34,514 bases of DNA from IMG/VR virus record IMGVR_UViG_3300032047_000058, positions 1-34,514 of that record; one strand, given 5' to 3'. The first letter of the stretch is position 1. Each line of letters starts with the position of its first letter. The stretch is from a virus. Taxonomy: Duplodnaviria > Caudoviricetes. The notes beneath the pieces are model-generated. The model searched no databases. It was not told the origin of the DNA and saw only the letters and a program-made list of their open reading frames with translations. The translations under genes and the position numbers were made by a program. This document shows positions 17,978-25,195 of the stretch, piece by piece.

Positions 17978-18264
17978 GAAAAATAACAAAAGAATCTGTA
18001 AAAGCATTTTATAATAATTACAATTATTCAAATAATAATACATTTGTAAATGATAATAAGTTTTATTTGCATCATAATTTAATAGCTGAAAAGAAAAATA
18101 ATAAATTATTTATTTGTAATTGTGGATGGTTCAGTAATACCACAAAAGAAAGGCTTAACGGAATATTAAACCATATCGGACACGCTGGAATATATCAGAA
18201 AAATTTCTGTTGGTTTTTAGATGGTGAGAAGTGGAACGGGAACAGGGTAGAAATAAAACTTTAA
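17974..18264 (+). CDS. Hypothetical phage protein
   Basis: 96 aa with LHHNLIA, GWFSNTTKERLNGIL and IYQKNFCWF; ATGA coupling. Confidence 0.75.
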   Translation: MRKITKESVKAFYNNYNYSNNNTFVNDNKFYLHHNLIAEKKNNKLFICNCGWFSNTTKERLNGILNHIGHAGIYQKNFCWFLDGEKWNGNRVEIKL

Positions 18265-18288
18265 CATTTCTTTAACAAAACTTTAACA
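18259..18288 (+). repeat. Three CTTTAACA direct repeats with exact 11-bp period
   Basis: Copies at 18259, 18270 and 18281, just upstream of a promoter -33 element. Confidence 0.85.
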
Positions 18289-18297
18289 TTTCAATAC

Positions 18298-18327
18298 TTG
18301 ACTTATTAACATTATTGTGTATATTTA
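18298..18327 (+). promoter_or_regulatory. Host-RNAP type promoter
   Basis: TTG (18298-18300), 19 nt, TATATTTA (18320-18327). The spacer shares TTATTAACA...TTGTG with the 17126 promoter. Confidence 0.65.
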
Positions 18328-18364
18328 CATAACAATAATAATTAATAACAATAAAACAATAAAC

Positions 18365-18514
18365 ATGAAAACAATTAACAAACAAGTAAACACATTTAAA
18401 CAATTAGACACATTTGAAAAAGTACAACTAACAATTTTTAGCGTTGTTATGTTCAGCCTTTTATCTGTTGTTGGTCAATGGGCTTTAAATGGTTTCTTTA
18501 CTGCATCATTTTAA
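18365..18514 (+). CDS. 49 aa single-pass membrane protein
   Basis: ATG 18365 after an A-rich leader; hydrophobic LTIFSVVMFSLLSVVGQWAL. Confidence 0.7.
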   Translation: MKTINKQVNTFKQLDTFEKVQLTIFSVVMFSLLSVVGQWALNGFFTASF

Positions 18515-18576
18515 TAAAGTTATACTGAAGAGGATTTAATATCCGAAACGCCTTCGGGCGTCTATAACAACTAAAA
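18509..18576 (+). ncRNA. Type I hammerhead ribozyme
   Basis: Stem I GTTATA(18519-24)/TATAAC(18563-68); core CTGAAGA(18525-31); stem II GGAT-ttaat-ATCC; GAAA(18545-48); stem III CGCC-ttcg-GGCG; GTC cleavage triplet 18560-62; distal stem I TTTTA/TAAAA beyond an internal loop. Confidence 0.95.
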
Positions 18577-18585
18577 CAATTAAAC

Positions 18586-18807
18586 ATGAAAGAAATCACA
18601 GAAATTAAAATGCTACCAACTAACAAAATATGCATTCATTACGGCAAACAAATTGAGGTCTTAACCTTACAAGAATTCAATGATTTAATGAGATATAGAA
18701 TAAGAAAAGCAAACAGAGAAAACGACATCAGAAGCACTCTTTTAATTGTTATTATGTTAATCACTGGTCTTATCTTAGCAATGAAAATAATTCAAATACT
18801 AGGATAA
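18586..18807 (+). CDS. 73 aa protein with C-terminal transmembrane helix
   Basis: TLLIVIMLITGLILAMKIIQILG at the C-terminus. A 23-nt leader separates it from the ribozyme cut site. Confidence 0.7.
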   Translation: MKEITEIKMLPTNKICIHYGKQIEVLTLQEFNDLMRYRIRKANRENDIRSTLLIVIMLITGLILAMKIIQILG

Positions 18808-18995
18808 TGTTAGAAGAGATGAACAAAATAAAAGACATTGAGAAATTAAAAGCATATTACAGAGCCGATTTAATTTATATAGAATGGCTTAAAAGATATG
18901 AAGAATATATATATAAAAGCTATATAATGATTGACGCTGAGGCTTCAGCCTATGCTGACGGAGATAAAGAATATAAAGAAAACTTTAATAATTAA
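18807..18995 (+). CDS. Hypothetical protein
   Basis: 62 aa, TAATG-coupled. Confidence 0.6.
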   Translation: MLEEMNKIKDIEKLKAYYRADLIYIEWLKRYEEYIYKSYIMIDAEASAYADGDKEYKENFNN

Positions 18996-18998
18996 ATA

Positions 18999-19097
18999 AT
19001 GGAAATAACAGATAAAGAAATTGTTGATATATTACATTTATATTACCCTAAGATTTATAATAATATATGCGAACATATACAACAACAGGAGCAATAA
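18999..19097 (+). CDS. 32 aa hypothetical protein (not in ORF track)
   Basis: MEITDKEIVDILHLYYPKIYNNICEHIQQQEQ, between the previous stop and the terminator. Confidence 0.5.
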   Translation: MEITDKEIVDILHLYYPKIYNNICEHIQQQEQ

Positions 19098-19144
19098 AAA
19101 TAATAAAATAGTTTAATTTGTTTTATATTTAGTTAGTCCGAAAG

Positions 19145-19177
19145 AGCCTTAAAACCTTATGTTTTAGGGCTTTTTTT
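19145..19177 (+). terminator. Rho-independent terminator closing the early cluster
   Basis: AGCCTTAAAAC / GTTTTAGGGCT stem followed by a T run. Confidence 0.85.
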
Positions 19178-19479
19178 ATATCCTTTATATATCTACACCT
19201 TTTTTTTAATTGATTGATTTACAGATGAGATATGAGGCTGAGAAATAACAAACAATTTTAAGCTCATTTAAGCATACTTTACACCTCATCAAGTACCTAC
19301 ACACATATAATTAATAAACATCTCTTAAATCGTCTCTAAATAGCCTTAGATTAGACGTTTATAACATACATTTAACGTAAATTGAATATATGGCAGGTGG
19401 AGTTACCCATTCTAATGATTTCATCAAAAACGAATTTATCTAAAACTCATAATCTAAAAATACAAATATAATTGAAAGT

Positions 19480-19713
19480 GTATTGGGAAGGTATTATTCG
19501 CCCACCTATAATAAATGTTATTTTAAATAATATTTGCTAGATATTTGGTTAGCAGTTTACTCGTTGTATGGAATAGTACTAGGGCGATTACGAAAACAAC
19601 AAAGGATTTAGTACTGCCATTCACAAGGAGATTTAGAGTACACGGTCCAACAATCATCCGTATTTATTAGGGTATTGAAGTGTGGCAACTTATGTAGATT
19701 TGCAACTACTTAT
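19480..19713 (-). ncRNA. Candidate structured late non-coding RNA (3' end uncertain)
   Basis: Lies downstream of a minus-strand late promoter. Contains a long interrupted inverted repeat at 19558-19640 and smaller hairpins. Confidence 0.45.
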
Positions 19714-19717
19714 ATAA

Positions 19718-19744
19718 AGATAACGATATTTTTAATTTTTGTTT
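19718..19744 (-). promoter_or_regulatory. Phage late promoter, antisense copy (AAACA-N14-CGTTATCT)
   Basis: The plus strand reads AGATAACG (19718-25) and TGTTT (19740-44), with the same spacing as the sense copies. Confidence 0.7.
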
Positions 19745-19774
19745 TATACTTCCATAAACAACTTATTAACAAGA

Positions 19775-19802
19775 AAACAGAAAGTGTTGATTTTCGTTAT
19801 CA
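19775..19802 (+). promoter_or_regulatory. Phage late promoter copy 2 (AAACA-N15-CGTTATCA)
   Basis: ATG 19807 lies 4 nt after the motif. Confidence 0.8.
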
Positions 19803-19806
19803 TAGT

Positions 19807-20529
19807 ATGATAAAGGAATATAAGCTGTCTATACCTCAAGCATTGGCAGGAATAACCCTTAGACAGTATCAACAGTATCTAAAGATACTAGATAAATGGG
19901 ATAAGGAAGATGAGGTATACATAAAGACAAAGATGCTGCAGATATTCTGTGGATTAGAGATTGAAGATACATTTAAGATTCCCTTAAACAACTTTGATTT
20001 CGCTATTGATGTAATAAATAAGTGTTTTAAGGAAGAGACACCTTTAGTACCTAGATTTAGTATGTCAGCCACAGATGAGTATGGAGAAGAGACTGTTGTT
20101 GAGTTTGGTTTTATACCAAAGCTAGACGAGATGACATTTGGTGAGTTCATTGATTTAGATGGGTATATCTCAGATTGGGATAAGATGCACAAAGCAATGG
20201 CTGTATTGTTTAGACCAGTAATCTTTAAGAAGAATGAGTTCTATAGGGTGATGGATTATGAAGGCAGTCACAAATATTCTGATGTAATGTTAGATATGCC
20301 AGTTAGTGTAGCGATAGGAGCAATGGTTTTTTTTTATCGTTTAGGGAGCAAATTACCAAGCTATACTCTGGATTATTTACAGAAGGAGCTGAAAGGGAAG
20401 GGGATTCCACCTCAGCTCAAGCAAACTTTGGAAAAAAATGGGGTTGGTATCAGTCAATATTTACAATCGCTCAAGAAGATGCAGCAAACATTGACAAAGC
20501 TACAAAGCTTCCAGTACACACCTGTCTAA
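19807..20529 (+). CDS. Putative tail assembly chaperone-like protein (0-frame product)
   Basis: Start reassigned to ATG 19807. First gene of the tail block, with an internal slippery T9 run. Confidence 0.6.
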   Translation: MIKEYKLSIPQALAGITLRQYQQYLKILDKWDKEDEVYIKTKMLQIFCGLEIEDTFKIPLNNFDFAIDVINKCFKEETPLVPRFSMSATDEYGEETVVEFGFIPKLDEMTFGEFIDLDGYISDWDKMHKAMAVLFRPVIFKKNEFYRVMDYEGSHKYSDVMLDMPVSVAIGAMVFFYRLGSKLPSYTLDYLQKELKGKGIPPQLKQTLEKNGVGISQYLQSLKKMQQTLTKLQSFQYTPV

Positions 20530-20600
20530 TGTACTTAGAATATATAAAGGATAAGACAAGAATAGAGAATGCTTTAATAAAGAAGGCACATAGAAAATAA
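20327..20600 (+). other. Programmed -1 frameshift site and alternative C-terminus
   Basis: T9 at 20327-20335. The -1 frame opens just before it (after TAG 20304-06) and reads LSFREQITKLYSGLF...NFGKKWGWYQSIF...KKAHRK to TAA 20598-20600, 2 nt before the next ATG. Confidence 0.8.
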
Positions 20601-20602
20601 AT

Positions 20603-21061
20603 ATGACACAAGTATACGACTTATTAGACAAGATTAAAGATGAACTAAGAGCTAATCACCACATGAATAGTGTTAGCTTTGGTGATATAACAGAAGTTAA
20701 CCTTAACAAGATGGATATATTTCCATTAGCACACCTAAACATCTCTAATGTAGTAATAGATTCACAGTTTATGACATTTACTTTACAGATATTATGTGCA
20801 GACATAGTAGATTACACAAAGGAAGTAGTTACTCCAGACCAGTTTTATGGTGTAGACAACTTGCAGGATGTGCTAAACACACAATTACAGGTAATGAATT
20901 TAATATTCTCTAAACTAAAAAGAGGTAATCTAAGGGCTGATAAGTTGCAGGTAGATGACACAATGAGTTGTCAGCCATTTAAAGAGAGATTTGAGAATGA
21001 GTTAGCTGGTTGGGAAGCAGAAATAGACATTAAGATGATTAATGATATAAGTATCTGCTAA
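20603..21061 (+). CDS. Putative tail terminator / tail completion protein
   Basis: 152 aa acidic alpha/beta protein (FPLAHL, FKERFENELAGW) in the tail block. Confidence 0.55.
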   Translation: MTQVYDLLDKIKDELRANHHMNSVSFGDITEVNLNKMDIFPLAHLNISNVVIDSQFMTFTLQILCADIVDYTKEVVTPDQFYGVDNLQDVLNTQLQVMNLIFSKLKRGNLRADKLQVDDTMSCQPFKERFENELAGWEAEIDIKMINDISIC

Positions 21062-21543
21062 TGAGAGATGAGTTTATGAAAAGGGCGTTAGAGAAGTTTG
21101 GCTCTAAAACACTAGAAAGACTAAACTACACTTTAACATCAGACCCTTATTATCAGGGTGGATTAAGAGCTTCTGGTAATTTAGCATCTAGTATGTATTA
21201 CAAGATAGTGAATGATACTATTGAGATATACATGGCTGAATATGGTAAAACCGTAGATGAAGGTAGGCGTAAAGGAGCTGGGTTGCCTAAAGGCTTTGAA
21301 AACGACATACTTAGATGGATGTCTTTTAAAGGAATTAATGCTAGAGCAGGTAAAACAAAGTTAGAATCTGCAAAAGCTATTGCTAATAGTATATACAGGC
21401 AAGGAACTATAAAAAGATTTGGTTATTCTGGAAGTAACTTTATAGATAGAGCTGTAAATGACTCTATGAATGTATTTGGAAATGATTTACTGACTGCATT
21501 CATGAAAGATTTAGAGGCAGAATTAGATAAAATATTAAAATAA
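21061..21543 (+). CDS. Putative neck / tail completion protein (HK97 gp10-like)
   Basis: ASGNLASS, YGKTVDEGR and FIDRA resemble the gp10-like TGxLxxS...YxxxVExG...F pattern. Confidence 0.6.
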   Translation: MRDEFMKRALEKFGSKTLERLNYTLTSDPYYQGGLRASGNLASSMYYKIVNDTIEIYMAEYGKTVDEGRRKGAGLPKGFENDILRWMSFKGINARAGKTKLESAKAIANSIYRQGTIKRFGYSGSNFIDRAVNDSMNVFGNDLLTAFMKDLEAELDKILK

Positions 21544-21552
21544 TAAAAACAA

Positions 21553-22710
21553 ATGGCTAAAATAAACGTAAGAAGCCCATACTTTGTAAATGTATTTCAT
21601 GCAGACTTAGCATCTGCTAAATTAGATATAGAGATATATGCAGGAACAGCACATTCTTTGGGGCATACAATAACTCCTACTTATACACTATCATCTTCAT
21701 CAGTAGGACAGTTTGGGTTTTATGTAAACTTTGAGATAAGCAACTTAATAAAAGATTATATTGCTACAGGTTTTGATGGCAACTACGCAGGAACACAAAG
21801 CATAGCAAACACAATAAATGTAGATTATCAAGTTACAAGGACATTAACAAACGGTAATAGCACACAGCTAACTGCTGTATTAGGAGTTAAAGCTTTTGAT
21901 GGATATGGCTACTTTGAAGACGGTGCAAATCCAGAATTACTACAAGGACTACTCATAAGCAACAAAATAATAATTAAACCAGATGATTCTCCTTTAAGAA
22001 TACCTGTTGATGCAAACAATACAACATCTGTATCTTTCTTTTACAATAATCAAGAAATATATACACAAGCAGTTGCAAGCCAAACAGACTCTAAGGACTA
22101 CATACAATACATAAGCAACGAAACACAAGCAGGCGCAGATAGTTACGAAGATAGAGTATTACAAGACGGAGGTGTATTTGAAAACAGTCAATGCCTAAAC
22201 AACTTTTTAGCACAAAACGGAATCTATGGTGTAGATGAGGTGTATGTAGATGGAGTAGAAGGAGTAACAAGGCTAGAAGTAAGAAATATAGATGAATGTA
22301 AGCATACTCCTTACAAAATGGTGTTTGTGAACAAGTATGGTGCTTTACAGGACTTATGGATGTTTAAAAGAAGTAATTTATCAATGAAGAAAGATGAAGA
22401 AAGCTTTAGGTCATCTACTTTACTATCAGCTACAGGAACATATAACACATTTGACCACCAGTATAAGACATTTAATATTAATGCTAAGGAAACTTTAACA
22501 CTAAATACAGGCTTCTATCCTGAAGAATACAATGAAATATTTAGACAGTTTACATTAAGTGAATTAGTTTGGATAGAATATGATAACAAGACATTGCCTG
22601 TTACAGTCAAGTCTAGCAACTTATCATTCCAAACACAATTAAACGACAAGTTAATAAACTACACAATACAAGTAGAATTTGCTTTTGATAAAATAAACAG
22701 CGTAAGATAA
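21553..22710 (+). CDS. Putative tail tip / distal tail structural protein
   Basis: 385 aa beta-rich protein with FVNKYG..W.F and LNTG; position in the tail block. Confidence 0.5.
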   Translation: MAKINVRSPYFVNVFHADLASAKLDIEIYAGTAHSLGHTITPTYTLSSSSVGQFGFYVNFEISNLIKDYIATGFDGNYAGTQSIANTINVDYQVTRTLTNGNSTQLTAVLGVKAFDGYGYFEDGANPELLQGLLISNKIIIKPDDSPLRIPVDANNTTSVSFFYNNQEIYTQAVASQTDSKDYIQYISNETQAGADSYEDRVLQDGGVFENSQCLNNFLAQNGIYGVDEVYVDGVEGVTRLEVRNIDECKHTPYKMVFVNKYGALQDLWMFKRSNLSMKKDEESFRSSTLLSATGTYNTFDHQYKTFNINAKETLTLNTGFYPEEYNEIFRQFTLSELVWIEYDNKTLPVTVKSSNLSFQTQLNDKLINYTIQVEFAFDKINSVR

Positions 22711-25061
22711 TGCGAAGACAAGTAGAGGTATATGTAAGTATTAGACAAATAAATCCAGCAGATTTATTAGAGATTCCTTATTACTATAAGTTAGACTTAT
22801 TTGACGAAGAGTCAATAAACATAACTAACTCTATAAAAGATGTCAGAGATATAGCAAAAGTATTTACCGATTACTCACAACAGTTTAACGTACCTGCAAG
22901 TACAGCTAACAACAAGATATTTAAACACTACTACAACTTTGATATAGATGGTGGTTTTGATGCTAGAGTAAAAAGAGAAGCGTTAATTAAGATAAATGGA
23001 GAAGATTACAGACAAGGCTTTATAAGTCTAAATGATGTTAGCATGAAGAAGCAACAGCCTTTTTCATATAAGGTTGTTTTTTATGGTAAAACCATTAACA
23101 TAAAAAGATTGTTTGGTGATGATGAATTAGATTCACTTCCTGACAATGAAGGCGCATACTTAAACGCATTTAATCAGCCTTACACCTCTACATTTGCCAA
23201 AAATGGTTTTATAGAAGGATATAATAAGGCTGGTGTCGGTATAGTGCAAAATCCAGATGGCAACAAGGCAGGTGATTTATGTTTTCCTTTTATTAGTGGT
23301 AGGTCTCATTACTATTATGATTCACAACACAATAACGCTCCTGTTACAAACACAGACACTCCTTCTAGGAATGTACAAACACATGGTAATGATAAAAAAG
23401 GTATAAATCTGGTAGACTTAAAACCTGCGATTAGAATTTATCATATTATAAAAGCAATAGAAGAAAAATACAATATTACTTTTAGCACAGATTTCTTTAA
23501 CACGACCAATGCAACATTCCACGAGCTATACTTATGGTTACATAGAGAGGCTGGTGATTTAGCAACACAAATCGGAGAAAGCGTATTATCAATAGGTTTA
23601 GGTGAGTTTACATTTACAAACACCTCTCCAACAGGTAATGATGACCCAAGAAGTAATACTGGAAACACAGACTTAGTATCATCAATATCAGGCTCACCTT
23701 TAGTAGGTAATCGTACTTGGGTTTATTATAAATATATTATTAGTGTTACAGCTGCTGGAGGTTCAGGAGCTACATATACTGCTGAATTATTAGACACACA
23801 AACAGGTAATACAATAAATCCTGACTCTGTTTCTACAGGAGTAGGAATGGGTAGCCCAACGGTGTTTACGTTTCTAATTCAAATACCAATTTTTGCTTTT
23901 GGTAGCAGAGTCTATACTCCAGTATTTAAACTTAAAACTGTAGGGGCAGTTACAAGTGCTACAATAAATTCTTTAGTAATAGAAAAATATACAGAAGAAA
24001 CTTCTTCATCAACCCCACCCTCTCATTATGATGCTAACTACACAATAGCAAACCAACAGGCACCTCCATCAGACCCAAAATATAACACAAATGGGTTTGA
24101 GGTGTCTTCAGGATTAGAGATGTCTGCTAATATGCCAAAGATGAAAATTATAGATTTCCTAACATCTATATTTAAGATGTTTAATCTTATTGCTTTTTAT
24201 GATGACAGGAAAATATTAAATAATGGAAGCACAAATACAGATTTTGGTAAAATAAAAGTAATGACTTTAGATGATTATTATTCTGAAGGAACAAATTATG
24301 ATATAACAGAATATTTGTATACTGATAAACATAGTGTTGGTAAAGCAAACATATATTCTGAAATTAACTTTAAATATAGCGACCCTTCTACTTTCGCAAT
24401 AATACATAGCAATGAGATAACAAATGATGAGTTTGGTAATGAAAGACTAGATAACCGTAGTGATGAAATAGATAGTCCTTTAGCATTTGATGGAGGCAAG
24501 TATGATGTTGAGTTAGGGTTTGAACACATGATGTTTGAGAGAATGACTAATCAATCAGGAACGCAACAGCTTACAAATACACAATGGGGTTGGATGGTTA
24601 GTGAAGATGAGAACCCTGTTTTAGGCAAACCCTTACTTGTTTATTGTCATAAACACGCTACAACTTCAACCTATGAGATGATGTTAGAGGATGGAACTGC
24701 GATAGACAAATACATAAGACCTGCAAACACAAGAACTCACATCCTTTCTGGTACAACAACACCTACTGCTAATCTACAAACCATACATTTTGGTGAAGAG
24801 CAAGACGAATATTTTGCAGACACTAATCTACCAAACAATGAAAGTCTGTTTGCTAACTTTTACTTTAATTATGTAACAGGTATATATAGCGAAAAAGCTA
24901 GATTGTCTAAGTTTAAAGTAGTGTTACCAGCTAAGATAGTTAATAAGCTTAAACTAAACGACAGGCTTATTATTTCTGCTAAGAAATATAAGATAAACAA
25001 AATAAAGATGAATATTAATACAGGTAAAGCAGACCTAGAGTTAATGAATGAAGTAGTATGA
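22710..25061 (+). CDS. Putative tail tip / baseplate hub protein
   Basis: 783 aa. N-terminal LDLF.E.I.I..SI.DV.DI.K.FTDYSQ.F.VPA...NN.IF pattern typical of siphovirus tail proteins, with a variable S/T-rich middle. Confidence 0.6.
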   Translation: MRRQVEVYVSIRQINPADLLEIPYYYKLDLFDEESINITNSIKDVRDIAKVFTDYSQQFNVPASTANNKIFKHYYNFDIDGGFDARVKREALIKINGEDYRQGFISLNDVSMKKQQPFSYKVVFYGKTINIKRLFGDDELDSLPDNEGAYLNAFNQPYTSTFAKNGFIEGYNKAGVGIVQNPDGNKAGDLCFPFISGRSHYYYDSQHNNAPVTNTDTPSRNVQTHGNDKKGINLVDLKPAIRIYHIIKAIEEKYNITFSTDFFNTTNATFHELYLWLHREAGDLATQIGESVLSIGLGEFTFTNTSPTGNDDPRSNTGNTDLVSSISGSPLVGNRTWVYYKYIISVTAAGGSGATYTAELLDTQTGNTINPDSVSTGVGMGSPTVFTFLIQIPIFAFGSRVYTPVFKLKTVGAVTSATINSLVIEKYTEETSSSTPPSHYDANYTIANQQAPPSDPKYNTNGFEVSSGLEMSANMPKMKIIDFLTSIFKMFNLIAFYDDRKILNNGSTNTDFGKIKVMTLDDYYSEGTNYDITEYLYTDKHSVGKANIYSEINFKYSDPSTFAIIHSNEITNDEFGNERLDNRSDEIDSPLAFDGGKYDVELGFEHMMFERMTNQSGTQQLTNTQWGWMVSEDENPVLGKPLLVYCHKHATTSTYEMMLEDGTAIDKYIRPANTRTHILSGTTTPTANLQTIHFGEEQDEYFADTNLPNNESLFANFYFNYVTGIYSEKARLSKFKVVLPAKIVNKLKLNDRLIISAKKYKINKIKMNINTGKADLELMNEVV

Positions 25062-25195
25062 TAAGAGATATAATAGATTTATTAGGAGCAGCAGATTGGC
25101 ATATAGATGACGAGGATATAAAGATAGCCAAAGGTAAATATTTAGCTCCTACTAATTGGAAAGAATTTAAAAACGCAATAAAACGAAATAGATAA
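25058..25195 (+). CDS. 45 aa hypothetical protein (not in ORF track)
   Basis: MIRDIIDLLG...IKIAKGKY...; ATGA and TAATG coupling on the two sides. Confidence 0.7.
   Translation: MIRDIIDLLGAADWHIDDEDIKIAKGKYLAPTNWKEFKNAIKRNR

Noticed and set aside
7954-19806. Track start sites at 7954, 17074, 18317 and 19675 (also 185, 6909, 7555, 14984)
   Set aside because: The extensions run through promoters or terminators, or ignore coupled ATGs, so downstream ATGs were chosen. 185 is internal to a frame open from base 2.
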